Source: Patescibacteria group bacterium (GTDB taxonomy: Bacteria; Patescibacteriota; Minisyncoccia; Phycocordibacterales; DATDWN01). Taken from it: a stretch of DNA of 64,000 nt. This document shows positions 39,378 through 49,652 of the stretch, in pieces. A model generated the notes under the pieces. The model did not search any database and was not told the DNA's origin. It worked only from the letters and a program-made list of their open reading frames with translations. The translations under genes and the position numbers were made by a program. Within the stretch, counting starts at the first letter, position 1. Every line of letters starts with the position of its first letter. The stretch is taken from assembly GCA_040389125.1 (NCBI GenBank), contig JAZKAN010000001.1, positions 178,737-242,736 on the forward strand, given 5' to 3'.

Positions 39378-41048
39378 TTACTCTAGAAATAATCGTGCGA
39401 GACGAATTTTCAGATACGATGGATTTTTCTTTTTCTTCTGGAGAAAATAATACACCGGTGCGAGACTCGTTGCTTTGGTTTTTTCAAACGCAGACAAAAT
39501 TTCATCGAGTTCACTCCGTTTGAACTCGCGACGTAGATATGCAATATCCGGACATGCATCCTTGTCTTCTTCCATCAATTTCTCAATATGTGATACAATC
39601 GTCTCCGCTTTAAGTCCACGGAGTTTGGCGATTTCATCGAGTGGAATTTCATCTCTGAGCAAATCCGCTGTAATTTGCTCCGTCGATTTTTTCATTTCTT
39701 TTTCTTTCTTTTTGATTCTCACTTTTTCCTCTGGCTCTATCGTTTTTATATATGCATTTTGTCGTGCGGTGATTTCGGATCGTGACATAGTTTTCAAATC
39801 CTCCACTGCATCCACTGACATATCTCGAAACTCTCTATCACGCTCCAAAACTTCCGCGTCAACTTCAAGTGACAAGTCGTTGAATCCTAGAAGTTTCATC
39901 CCACCGAGTGACCGCACCCGAGAGAGTGCCACATATCCCATTCCCTTTACAAACGATTTTGACAAATCCAATTCCATAGCATCGAGTGACATTCCCTGAC
40001 TTTTGTGGACCGTAATAGCCCAGGCAAGTCGCAGTGGAAGCTGGCTTATTTCTGCTTTTGTTTTACCTTCCTCCTCGATTTTCCATGACTGTGCAGAAAC
40101 ATGGAATACCTGTCCGCTCGTAGTACGCACCACTGGATCGCCAAATGTATTGAAATCCGTCACCACTCCGAGTGTTCCATTTACATATCCGCCCTCCATA
40201 TGATTTTTGGTAAACATAACTCTGGCACCAATTTTGAGTTCCAAAATTTCTGGCGACAGACAACTTTTCTTGAGTGAGTCTGCAATATAGCTCGAACCCT
40301 TCCACGCCATCGTATATTTTTTTGCATTTCCCGATACCAAACTCAAATGTTGTTTGTTGATACCATCCACGTCTATATTGTGCGTAAAAAGTTTGGTGGG
40401 TTCCACACCTGATTCTGGATCTTTATTAAATCTCGATTTCAAGAGATCAATTGTATTCTGCGTGACTGCATTTTCACGAATCTGATTTAAAATAGATAGA
40501 TATGTATTATCTTTTTGACGATGTTGTTCGGACAAGTGACATATCGTGAGATTTGCTCGCTCCCAGCTATCTGCCTTGTAGGCGAATTCGGACTCGACCA
40601 CCTCACCGCGCGTCACCGGCGGAAGCTGAAAAAAGTCACCACAAAGAATGACTTGCATTCCACCAAAGGGTCGCTCGGATCGTTTGAACTGCCGACAAAT
40701 CCACTCGATCAGATCGAGTCGGTAGTGGTGTAGCATTGACACCTCGTCTATAATCAGAACTTTTGTCCGATCAAAACGCTTGTACAAATACTGCCGCTCC
40801 ATGAGATCTTCGATGTCGTAATCAGTGAGAGTACTACGTACACCAAGTCCCGACCACGAGTGTATCGTCATACCACCGAGATGTGTTGAAGCGATGCCAG
40901 TAGACGCGGTTACAGCCACATCCACCGCATGTGATTTGAGGTATTTGATATATTCATTGAGAACATACGTTTTACCACTCCCGGCCGGTCCAGTGAGAAA
41001 GACATTTTTGCCAAGTTTCAAAATATCGAGCGCTTCGGATTGCAACAT
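39378..41048 (-). CDS. Pif1-family helicase with C-terminal helix-turn-helix
   Basis: GPAGSGKT, DEVSM, GDFFQLPPV, AWAITVHKSQG, YVALSR; IAKLRGLKAETIVSH. Confidence 0.9.
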   Translation of the reverse strand: MLQSEALDILKLGKNVFLTGPAGSGKTYVLNEYIKYLKSHAVDVAVTASTGIASTHLGGMTIHSWSGLGVRSTLTDYDIEDLMERQYLYKRFDRTKVLIIDEVSMLHHYRLDLIEWICRQFKRSERPFGGMQVILCGDFFQLPPVTRGEVVESEFAYKADSWERANLTICHLSEQHRQKDNTYLSILNQIRENAVTQNTIDLLKSRFNKDPESGVEPTKLFTHNIDVDGINKQHLSLVSGNAKKYTMAWKGSSYIADSLKKSCLSPEILELKIGARVMFTKNHMEGGYVNGTLGVVTDFNTFGDPVVRTTSGQVFHVSAQSWKIEEEGKTKAEISQLPLRLAWAITVHKSQGMSLDAMELDLSKSFVKGMGYVALSRVRSLGGMKLLGFNDLSLEVDAEVLERDREFRDMSVDAVEDLKTMSRSEITARQNAYIKTIEPEEKVRIKKKEKEMKKSTEQITADLLRDEIPLDEIAKLRGLKAETIVSHIEKLMEEDKDACPDIAYLRREFKRSELDEILSAFEKTKATSLAPVYYFLQKKKKNPSYLKIRLARLFLE

Positions 41049-41122
41049 GTTCATATTGTATCAGTACTTTGCCCAACTTGACAAATATCCACTTTGGGTG
41101 TATGATAGTGGAGGAGAAAAAG

Positions 41123-41371
41123 ATGCCCTTAATAAAAGACGATGCGCGGAGAGACTGGTTGTTGTTTCTTCTTTTAATGTTGGCGATCGGAGCAGGAATT
41201 TTTGCCTGTATTACCAACGACAAAGTTTTTTTCATATTCGCCCTCGGAACTGGAATTTTTCTACTGGTGCTCGGAATCCTAATACTCGGGCCTCGACCCG
41301 ATCACAGCCCGGTAATGAAGGAACTCATTCAGAAAACTCTCGAGTTCGAGAGAAAGCCCGACTCCCAGTAA
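41123..41371 (+). CDS. orphan two-TM small protein
   Basis: TTGACA-N17-TATGAT, GGAGG SD, hairpin at 41353-41384. Confidence 0.75.
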   Translation: MPLIKDDARRDWLLFLLLMLAIGAGIFACITNDKVFFIFALGTGIFLLVLGILILGPRPDHSPVMKELIQKTLEFERKPDSQ

Positions 41372-41446
41372 TGGGGTCGGGTTTACGTTTTATATTTGTA
41401 TAGTGACAAAATTTTTTAATGTAGTAGTGTTACAAACGGAGGAGTC

Positions 41447-41689
41447 ATGTTTACATTTTTCGCATTTGCAGTTCTTGGTCTCGTCAACCTACAAAAGGAT
41501 GACGGGGGAGGTTCACACAAGAAGAGAAACTACTGGATCCTGATCCTGAAAATCGTTGGGTCCTGCATAGCGAGTTGGCTACTTATGCAGTTTATCATAG
41601 CATCACATCATAGCACCGTACTCGAAAGAGTCGGTGCTTTCATTTGTATTGCTCAAAGAATTTTTGCTCAAGGTCAAGGCGAAGTTTGA
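41447..41689 (+). CDS. orphan small membrane protein
   Basis: GGAGG SD, hydrophobic segments; 3' end lies within family B copy 5. Confidence 0.55.
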   Translation: MFTFFAFAVLGLVNLQKDDGGGSHKKRNYWILILKIVGSCIASWLLMQFIIASHHSTVLERVGAFICIAQRIFAQGQGEV

Positions 41690-41773
41690 AAAAGGCGAGG
41701 AGCCGTACTTAGTGGTACGGTGACGAGAATTTTTTAAACTTCAACGCAGAGATTGAGCAAAAAGACCGAGCAA
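41649..41773 (+). repeat. structured palindromic element, family B copy 5
   Basis: AAGGC + 13-bp stem + GAG-CCGTAC-TTAGTG-GTACGG-TGA (24 nt identical to copy 3) + AACGCAG. Confidence 0.85.
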
Positions 41774-41774
41774 C

Positions 41775-43553
41775 TTAGCTATTTCTCTTGCCATGGAGTA
41801 ACATCTCCACCGCGTGTTCCATATCGCCCGCAAGTGTTATCTGCCCACCGTTAATAAAGAAAATCTGATCCGCATTACGTATCGTGTTCAGTCGGTGCGC
41901 GATAATCACTTTTGTAGTTGTAGCAGGTAGTTTTGCCAAAATTTCTTCGAGCAGTTCCTCTGTGACCGTATCAATATTTGCAGTGGCCTCGTCGAGTATC
42001 AAAAGTTCTGGCTTGCGAAGTACGGCTCGCATGAACGCGATGAGCTGCTTCTGTCCGAGACTCACACTGTTGCCACTCGTTGAAACAGGGGTATCTAATC
42101 CCTCTGTAAACCGCGCAAGAAGTTTAGAAAGATTTGCATCCTCTAAAACTTTTAATAATTCCACACTCGTATACCCTGCCAATTCTGTGTTTCCATACAA
42201 TATATTGTCTCGCACTGTTCCAGTAAACAGGAACGGTTCTTGCAAAATAAATCCAATTTTCTGTGTGCGTTCCTTTGGAGTGTACGTTCGAATATCATGA
42301 CCAGAAAGTAACACTGTTCCCTCGGACGGATCAAAGAGTCGTGCCATGAGGGATGCAGTAGTTGTTTTACCTCCACCAGTTGGCCCCACGAGCGCATACG
42401 TTTTACCTGGCAATAATTCCAGATTAATATCGCCGAGCACCTCCACGCCGTTTGGATAATGAAAATGAACGTGATCAAATCTCAGAATTGCAGACGACGC
42501 AGAGCGAGTTTTCTCCGTCTCACTTTCTATTATGATCGGCATATCTGACTCGAGTGCGAGCACTTCTGAAATACGATCAAACGCTGCGAGTGCTAACTGA
42601 AACGATGCCCAGATAGCAGCCAGTTGTCGTAATGGACTGTAGAAATTGTTTACATACAACAAATATCCAATCAAAATTCCGATTGTGATATGTCCATTCA
42701 AAATAAGGGAAATACCGTAACTAATCACAATGAGCTGAGCGAGCATGGAAGCCAGTCCATATAGCGGTGTGAAAATGTTGTTTGCAATTCCACTCTGAAC
42801 TGATGCCTGAAAATTGCTTTCATTTACCCCATGAAATTTTTCTCTAAAATAGTCTAAACGGTTGAATGCGACAATCACTTTGAAATTGGCGAGGCTTTCC
42901 TGAATTTCCGAACTCATACCACCGACAGTCTGCAAACTTCGGAGGTTTCTGCGTTTGACCCAACCAGAAATAATCTGAGTAAAAATGAGAACACACAATG
43001 CTGGGACGAGTGCCGCAGAGCCCAGACGAATATTGATAACAAGCAAAAATATTCCCGCTCCTAAAATGAGAAAGAAACTACCAATAAACTGCATGATACC
43101 CTGCGAGAAAAACATATTGAGCCGATCGGTGTCATTGTTGATACGCGAAATCAAGTCCCCTGCCTTATTCTGATTAAAAAATGCAACGGGTAATTCCTGG
43201 AGTTTTGTAAAAATTGAATTACGGAGTTTAAATAATACACGGCGACTGACCCCACCCATGATCATCGTTTGTAAATACCCGCCGACAAGGCCAATAAGAT
43301 ATATTCCGACCAAAATTCCAGAAAATAAAAGCACGCCATGAAAATTTTTAAGGCGAATATACGTATCTACTGTATGACTAACAACAATCGGCGCAACAAG
43401 CGTGGCCAGAGAATTCACGATAATTGCAATCATTGCAATGACAAGATTTCGTTTCTCTGTAGCGAGAAGTGGCGCAAGTTTCCGCATCGCAGTCAAAAAA
43501 CTGGGTTTAGGGCCAGATGTATTTGTCTTTTGTGTATTAAGCGTGTAATTCAT
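41775..43553 (-). CDS. ABC exporter, fused permease/ATPase
   Basis: TM domain, GPTGGGKT, SLGQKQ, LDEATA. Confidence 0.93.
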   Translation of the reverse strand: MNYTLNTQKTNTSGPKPSFLTAMRKLAPLLATEKRNLVIAMIAIIVNSLATLVAPIVVSHTVDTYIRLKNFHGVLLFSGILVGIYLIGLVGGYLQTMIMGGVSRRVLFKLRNSIFTKLQELPVAFFNQNKAGDLISRINNDTDRLNMFFSQGIMQFIGSFFLILGAGIFLLVINIRLGSAALVPALCVLIFTQIISGWVKRRNLRSLQTVGGMSSEIQESLANFKVIVAFNRLDYFREKFHGVNESNFQASVQSGIANNIFTPLYGLASMLAQLIVISYGISLILNGHITIGILIGYLLYVNNFYSPLRQLAAIWASFQLALAAFDRISEVLALESDMPIIIESETEKTRSASSAILRFDHVHFHYPNGVEVLGDINLELLPGKTYALVGPTGGGKTTTASLMARLFDPSEGTVLLSGHDIRTYTPKERTQKIGFILQEPFLFTGTVRDNILYGNTELAGYTSVELLKVLEDANLSKLLARFTEGLDTPVSTSGNSVSLGQKQLIAFMRAVLRKPELLILDEATANIDTVTEELLEEILAKLPATTTKVIIAHRLNTIRNADQIFFINGGQITLAGDMEHAVEMLLHGKRNS

Positions 43554-45294
43554 AATGGTTTAGACTTTGTTGCGAATTATAAATCTGTACGTATTCCGGC
43601 GAAACTTTCAAGAGGTGTTTGTGCGTGCCAGATGCGAGGACTTCTCCCTCCATGAGGAGAATAATCTGATTATACGTTTCGATCGAGGAGATTTTTTGTG
43701 TGACAGAAATAAGCGTAATGTCCGGATAATTTTTGGAAATATTTGAGAGGATTTTTTGCTCCGTGTTAGTGTCCACTCGCGCAGTAAAATCATCGAGGAG
43801 AAGAACCTTTGGATCATGAGCGAGTGCACGCGCAAGCATGATGCGCTGTTTCTGTCCGCCAGAGAGACTTGTACCACGTTCCGATACAATGGTGTCTAGT
43901 TTCTCTGGAAGAGCACGAATGAAATCATCGAGTTCCGCTGTATCAATCGCCTTTTGTAGGGACTCATCTGTTACGGTATTACTAAACGCAATATTTTCAC
44001 GTACCGTGAGGTTGAACATGATACTGTCTTGAAACACAAATCCAACCTGGTCATGAAGCGCTTGTTTGTTGTATTTATCGACACTCTCGCTGTCATACAA
44101 CACCTCGCCTGACTGGGGCGTGAGTAGTCCAGTGAGCACATACAGAAGTTGTGTTTTACCTGCAGCAGTCGGGCCAATAATAGCAGTTTTAGTTCCAGCC
44201 TTAATTTCAAATGAAACATGTTTGAGTGCAATTTTCTCGCCAAATGCGACCGTGACATCTCGCATTGCGATATTACCTTGGATGGGATTTTTTAAAACAC
44301 CAGTGTCTGTACTTTCAGGAGCATTGAGCACCTCCGTGAGTCGCACGTACGATGCATTGGCCTGTGCAATAAGCGAGCTCACAAATCCGATAACCAAAAT
44401 CGGAAAAATGAGAATGGCAAGGTAGCTGTTGAACGCACTGAACTCCCCGAGAGTCAGTGTTCCCTGGATTATAAAATGTCCGCCAAGTGCGAGAATGATT
44501 ACTGTCGCAATACTCGTCGCAAATGTAATCGCCGGAATAAGTCCCGCAAAAAGGCGAAGAATTTTCAGACCAATATCGCGCGCCTCTGTGTTTGCATCTA
44601 CAAATTTCTTGTATTCATTTTCGTGCGAGTTAACAATACGAATCAGCGCAGCTCCCAAAATACTTTCGTTGATAACTTTGTTCAGCCAGTCGATCGCCTC
44701 CTGTGATTGTTTAAATAGTTTTTTTACTTTTGAAAAAATAACAAAAAAGAGAATGCCGAGAAATGGAATAATTCCGAGAATGGCAAGACCTAGTTTCCAA
44801 TTGATAAGGAGGAGGAGCGTACTCGCACCAATAATGAGGAAAACGGACGAAATGAGGGATGAGATAGCCTGTGACACAAATGTTTTGACTGCATCCACGT
44901 CCGATGTGAGGTTGGTGAGGAGTTTTGCCGGAGTGACGCGTTCGACATATGCGTAGTCCTGAACGGAAATTTTGGCGGTGAGTCTCGTACGCAAATCCCT
45001 CGCCACACGCTCTGCTGCGTATGTCTGCACAACACCCTGTAAATACGTGAATACAAATACAACAACCGCAATCAGAATAAAATCAAGCACGACGGTGTGT
45101 GACAGGAGTCCGCTACGCACAAATGTGTCAATCGCTCGAGAAATGATTTTCGGAATGACGAGCATGAGAGCGTTTGCAGAAATAGTAAATAGCACGAGGA
45201 GTGTTATAAATCCCGCGTACGGTCGAAGTAGCCCCCAGAGACTGCCGGCTACAGGAATGACCGCTTCCTTTTGTGAATTAGTATTTGAAACCAT
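43537..45294 (-). CDS. ABC exporter, fused permease/ATPase (heterodimer partner)
   Basis: GPTAAGKT, LSGGQKQR, degenerate LDD Walker B and Q in place of the switch His. Confidence 0.93.
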   Translation of the reverse strand: MVSNTNSQKEAVIPVAGSLWGLLRPYAGFITLLVLFTISANALMLVIPKIISRAIDTFVRSGLLSHTVVLDFILIAVVVFVFTYLQGVVQTYAAERVARDLRTRLTAKISVQDYAYVERVTPAKLLTNLTSDVDAVKTFVSQAISSLISSVFLIIGASTLLLLINWKLGLAILGIIPFLGILFFVIFSKVKKLFKQSQEAIDWLNKVINESILGAALIRIVNSHENEYKKFVDANTEARDIGLKILRLFAGLIPAITFATSIATVIILALGGHFIIQGTLTLGEFSAFNSYLAILIFPILVIGFVSSLIAQANASYVRLTEVLNAPESTDTGVLKNPIQGNIAMRDVTVAFGEKIALKHVSFEIKAGTKTAIIGPTAAGKTQLLYVLTGLLTPQSGEVLYDSESVDKYNKQALHDQVGFVFQDSIMFNLTVRENIAFSNTVTDESLQKAIDTAELDDFIRALPEKLDTIVSERGTSLSGGQKQRIMLARALAHDPKVLLLDDFTARVDTNTEQKILSNISKNYPDITLISVTQKISSIETYNQIILLMEGEVLASGTHKHLLKVSPEYVQIYNSQQSLNHYELHA

Positions 45295-45369
45295 ATTTTA
45301 AACCAAGAAATGCAAAATAGATAAGACTATAGTATACCTCATTTACATTTTACTTTCCAACCTTTTTTC

Positions 45370-46074
45370 TTATTTCTTTCCTTTATTCTTCCACTCCTCT
45401 ATTTTCTTGTGATCACCTGAGAGGAGTACTTTTGGTACACGATATTTCTTTTTTTTGTATTCAAAAACTTCTGGACGTGTGTAGACGTCAGAACTTGAAA
45501 TACGAGACTCTTCGAGAGAGCTGAAATTGCCAAGCACTCCTTCTACTTGGCGTGATATGCAGTCGATCACGATTTCCGCGGGCAGTTCCCCACCAGTCAG
45601 TACGAATGGTCCTACTGAAATATCTTCTGTTTTGAAAATCTTTTTGACACGTGCATCAATGCCTTCGTATCTACCAGAAATTAAAATGATGTCTGTGTAT
45701 TTTTTGGCGACACCTTTTGCATACTCAGTTGTAAACTGCTTGCCAGATGGAGAAAAGAAAATGATTTTAACTTTCCTGTTTTCTCTTTTGACTTTTTGGC
45801 TTTTTGTTTTCGATGCAGTTTGCTTTCCTGGCTTTTTGTTTATTTTTGCAAGCGCTTTTTCAATAGCTTTCACTACTGGCAGTGCCTGAATGACCATACC
45901 CGGACCACCACTGTATGGTTTCTGGTCCACTCGTTTCCATTTGTCATCCGAGTAGTCACGAGGATTATAAAACATCACCTTGATTTTCTTGTCCTCTATC
46001 GCCCGCGACAAAATCGACTCCCCGAGATAGGAGGTAAATGAATCAGGAAAAAGTGTAATGATATGAAAATTCAT
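45370..46074 (-). CDS. trmD: tRNA (guanine-N1)-methyltransferase
   Basis: ITLFP, GGPGMV, GRYEGIDAR, VLTGGELPA, YTRP. Confidence 0.96.
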   Translation of the reverse strand: MNFHIITLFPDSFTSYLGESILSRAIEDKKIKVMFYNPRDYSDDKWKRVDQKPYSGGPGMVIQALPVVKAIEKALAKINKKPGKQTASKTKSQKVKRENRKVKIIFFSPSGKQFTTEYAKGVAKKYTDIILISGRYEGIDARVKKIFKTEDISVGPFVLTGGELPAEIVIDCISRQVEGVLGNFSSLEESRISSSDVYTRPEVFEYKKKKYRVPKVLLSGDHKKIEEWKNKGKK

Positions 46075-46133
46075 ATAATAAAAATGTGATACCACTGTAC
46101 CACATTTTTATTATTTAGTCTATTTATTTGAAA

Positions 46134-46457
46134 TTAGAGTTTGAGGTCAGCCATTGCGTCGTCGAGGGACTTAGTCGCAGATCCTGTTGCCGACTTTACC
46201 TCTTTCATTCCGCCGGCTGGCTCGTTTATTTTGAGGTTTACCCGTGCGTTGTTTTTCATACCTACAACTCGGAGTAATGTGCGAATCGCCTTTGCAGTGT
46301 TACCCTCGCGACCAATTATTTTACCCATGTCCGCAGGATTGACATCGAGTGTCATGAGGACACCCATTTCATCTACTGTGCGGACGATTTTGACGTCTGC
46401 AGGATATTCTACTAGTGCCTTAATAACAAAGTCTAGAAATTGTACATCGTGTTCCAT
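46134..46457 (-). CDS. khpA: KH-domain RNA-binding protein (KhpA-like)
   Basis: DMGKIIGREGNTAKAIRTLL; rpsP-khpA-trmD synteny. Confidence 0.9.
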   Translation of the reverse strand: MEHDVQFLDFVIKALVEYPADVKIVRTVDEMGVLMTLDVNPADMGKIIGREGNTAKAIRTLLRVVGMKNNARVNLKINEPAGGMKEVKSATGSATKSLDDAMADLKL

Positions 46458-46539
46458 GAGTTCAAGTTAAATTGTAAAGCTGAGCAAACGATAACAATAT
46501 AATTATAACAGTGGAGAATAAAGAGTCAATGAACATTGA

Positions 46540-46980
46540 CTATGCAACCGCTTCTTCTGTGGTTTCAGCGGCTGTGGGAGCTGGGGTTTCCTCAACAGGT
46601 GCTTCTGAAGCTGCGGTCGGTGCAGATTTTGCCTCCACACTAGGGGCCTCAGGATTACCTGATGCATAAGTGTTCGCTTCGGCTCCCTTAGCGTCTTTAA
46701 CGATTGCTTTTTTAAGTGGCAATGTGTTGATTTTCTTTCCTGTTATGATTTTCTTGTCCACGAGTAGGTTGTGAACTGTGTGCGAAACTTGTGCACCCTG
46801 GGACATCCAGTATGTCACTCGGTCTGTTTTCATGACAGCATCATTTCCATGGCGAGCATCATAGTTGCCAAGGATCTCTAAATATTTCCCACTTTTTGTC
46901 GAGTTTTTTGAGTCAGTAAGAACAAGTCGAAATGATGGTTCGTGTTTGCGTCCTACTCGCTGTAATCGTATTTTTAACAT
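46540..46980 (-). CDS. rpsP: 30S ribosomal protein S16 with Ala/Pro/Glu tail
   Basis: MLKIRLQRVGRK, W..QGAQ.S.TV. Confidence 0.96.
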   Translation of the reverse strand: MLKIRLQRVGRKHEPSFRLVLTDSKNSTKSGKYLEILGNYDARHGNDAVMKTDRVTYWMSQGAQVSHTVHNLLVDKKIITGKKINTLPLKKAIVKDAKGAEANTYASGNPEAPSVEAKSAPTAASEAPVEETPAPTAAETTEEAVA

Positions 46981-47059
46981 GTCTGCTATGGTAACAGAAA
47001 TCATAAAATAGGTCAACCATGATTCCGAAATTATCCTATCTATGATATGCTAGCGCCAT

Positions 47060-49009
47060 ATGAACAAAACTTTTGTGGGTCCGCTGAGTGTAAACACCAA
47101 GGGAATTGGCTTTTTTCTTATTCCAGATGAAAATGGCGAATTCAAACCACGTGATAAACAAACCGACGCAGACACACTCGAAATCCAACCAGAAAATATT
47201 TTGAAGGCATTTCATGGAGATGTTGTCGAGGCAGTGGCAACTGGTGAGAAGTTCTACAACAGACCACAAGGCAAAGTGCTTAAAATTGTCACACGCTCCA
47301 AAAGCGAGTTTGTGGGTGTCGTGCAAAAACATGATGGAGCAACATTTGTTGTGCCCGATGACAAACGCGTGTACGTGGATATTTTCCTCCCCGATGGAAC
47401 TATTGCTGAGGACGGCGATAAAGTGCTGGTTGAAATAACCGACTGGGATGCAAAAAACCTCGAAGGTAAAGTGGTAAAAGTGATTGGTAAAAAAGGTGAA
47501 AACAATACAGAGATGGAATCGATAGTACTTGAAAAAGGATTCCGTATCGAGTTCCCCGCTGACGTAGAGCGCGAGGCAGATGAACTCCTCCGAACATACA
47601 AGAATCATTTTGAGGAGGAACTCAAAAATCGACGTGATATGCGTGGCACAACAACCATGACTATTGACCCTGCGGATGCAAAGGACTTTGACGACGCGAT
47701 TTCATTTGTGGATCTTGGAAATGATATATATGAAATCGGGGTACACATTGCGGACGTATCATATTTTGTGACTCCAGGCTCTGCTCTCGATCGTGAATCC
47801 GAAAAACGTGGTCTCTCTGTGTATCTTGTAGATCGCACCATACCCATGCTTCCCGAAGTACTTTCAAACGACCTCTGTTCACTCAATCCAAACGAAGACA
47901 AGTACACATTTTCAGCAGTGTTTAAAATAAACAGCAAGGCGGAAATTTTAGACATCTGGTTTGGGCGGACAGTCATACATAGTGACAAACGATTTTCATA
48001 CGAGGATGCACAGGACGTACTCGATAGCAAAACAGACGGACCATATCAAAAAGAACTTTTGACTCTCCGTAGTGTTGCTCGAATACTCGAAAAAAATAAA
48101 TTTCAAAACGGCGCAATCAATTTTGAAACAGAAGAAGTTAAGTTTGAACTGGATTCAACCGGCAAGCCAATCCGCGTATACAAAAAGCATCGTCTCGACA
48201 CACACAAACTTGTTGAGGAATACATGCTCCTCGCAAACCGTGCTGTGGCAAAATACATTTGGCAGTCACAAAGTGCTCCGAACAAAAAAGGTTCACAGTC
48301 TGTGTATCGTATTCACAATGTGCCAGACAAGGATCGCATTGCAAACCTTGCAGAGTTTATCAAAGCTCTCGGATTTGATTTGAAAAATAAGGACGGAGCA
48401 GTGACATCGCGAGATATTGGTGTGATGCTTAAAGAAGTAGAGGGGTCACCGAGCGAGGAACTAATCAAGACTGCGACGATACGAAGTATGGCAAAAGCTG
48501 TGTACTCGACTAAAAATATTGGACATTTTGGACTAGCGTTTGAATACTACACGCACTTTACTTCTCCTATTCGTCGCTACCCTGACTTACTGGTACACCG
48601 ATTTTTGGAACGCGAAATAAAAGGTGGCAAAATAGAACAAGACGAATACGCAAAATACGAACGCATTTGTCTCGCATCATCAGAGCTCGAGAAAAAAGCG
48701 GCAGACGCCGAACGTGCAAGTATCAAATACAAACAAGTTGAATACATGACTGACCATGTCGGAGAGGAGTTTGATGGCACAATCACCGGCGTTACCGAAT
48801 GGGGTATCTATATAGAAGAAAAGGAAACAAAATGCGAAGGTATGGTCAAAATCCGCGACATCGGTGACGACTTCTACCAACTTGATGAAAAAAACTACAC
48901 CCTCAAAGGTGAGAAAACCGGACGCAAATTCACCCTCGGTGACTCTGTGCGATTTAAAATTGTTGGAGCGGATATGGAGAAACGAGTACTGGATTATGCA
49001 ATAGTTTAA
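47060..49009 (+). CDS. rnr: ribonuclease R
   Basis: TIDPADAKDFDDA, HFTSPIRRYPD, C-terminal S1. Confidence 0.95.
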   Translation: MNKTFVGPLSVNTKGIGFFLIPDENGEFKPRDKQTDADTLEIQPENILKAFHGDVVEAVATGEKFYNRPQGKVLKIVTRSKSEFVGVVQKHDGATFVVPDDKRVYVDIFLPDGTIAEDGDKVLVEITDWDAKNLEGKVVKVIGKKGENNTEMESIVLEKGFRIEFPADVEREADELLRTYKNHFEEELKNRRDMRGTTTMTIDPADAKDFDDAISFVDLGNDIYEIGVHIADVSYFVTPGSALDRESEKRGLSVYLVDRTIPMLPEVLSNDLCSLNPNEDKYTFSAVFKINSKAEILDIWFGRTVIHSDKRFSYEDAQDVLDSKTDGPYQKELLTLRSVARILEKNKFQNGAINFETEEVKFELDSTGKPIRVYKKHRLDTHKLVEEYMLLANRAVAKYIWQSQSAPNKKGSQSVYRIHNVPDKDRIANLAEFIKALGFDLKNKDGAVTSRDIGVMLKEVEGSPSEELIKTATIRSMAKAVYSTKNIGHFGLAFEYYTHFTSPIRRYPDLLVHRFLEREIKGGKIEQDEYAKYERICLASSELEKKAADAERASIKYKQVEYMTDHVGEEFDGTITGVTEWGIYIEEKETKCEGMVKIRDIGDDFYQLDEKNYTLKGEKTGRKFTLGDSVRFKIVGADMEKRVLDYAIV

Positions 49010-49024
49010 ATTTTATATACAAGA

Positions 49025-49047
49025 ATGGGACCACAACGTGGTCCCAT
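49025..49047. terminator. bidirectional terminator-like hairpin
   Basis: ATGGGACCAC-AAC-GTGGTCCCAT between convergent genes. Confidence 0.7.
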
Positions 49048-49050
49048 TTA

Positions 49051-49239
49051 CTATTTCATCAGCGCCCACACATTTTTCTTAAACTCCTCGAACTCGCTCT
49101 CCGTTTCGGTACTGCCAGTTGCGAGGGGGTCCAAGTTGTCATACATTGCCAGAAGCGAGTCGAGACGATCTCTAAACCTTGCTCTCCCAACAATTTTTTC
49201 AGTCTCAACATCCCTAAAAGGGTCCTGACTATCTACCAT
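49051..49239 (-). CDS. orphan small acidic protein
   Basis: AGGAGGT SD 8 nt before ATG. Confidence 0.65.
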   Translation of the reverse strand: MVDSQDPFRDVETEKIVGRARFRDRLDSLLAMYDNLDPLATGSTETESEFEEFKKNVWALMK

Positions 49240-49317
49240 TACCAGTTACCTCCTGAGATATTTATACACTTTTTACATAAAAGCGAAAGGGCCACCGCCG
49301 ATGGTAGCCCTTTGAGA

Positions 49318-49602
49318 TTATGCGTCCGATGCCTCCATTGCGGTGAAAGCTATAACAAGTCCGAAGAGCTCGTACGCAATTCTACCAAGCAACAACAGGT
49401 TAATCTCAGCACTCAAGAGCGTCAGTCCTGCCATGACTCCCACAGGACTTTCCCACTGTAGTCGTGCCACAACCATCACTATTCCCATCAGCACGGATGC
49501 AACACAGAGGCCGAGACCCTTGTATCGCAAAGTGAACTGACGCAAAACAAGCGTCAGGAGCCCTAGCAAAAAAATAATCCATGTAGCCATGTTCCAGAAC
49601 AT
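49318..49602 (-). CDS. orphan small three-TM protein
   Basis: AGGAGG SD; hairpin at 49286-49313. Confidence 0.7.
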   Translation of the reverse strand: MFWNMATWIIFLLGLLTLVLRQFTLRYKGLGLCVASVLMGIVMVVARLQWESPVGVMAGLTLLSAEINLLLLGRIAYELFGLVIAFTAMEASDA

Positions 49603-49652
49603 ACAAACCCTCCTACAAAAACACTACTCTTAAAATTAAATTTTGTAAAATG

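Noticed and set aside
10663-41773. CRISPR array or integron attC interpretation of the repeats
   Set aside because: Copies are kilobases apart with no regular spacers, no cas or intI gene is present, and I saw no consistent RYYYAAC/GTTRRRY ends.
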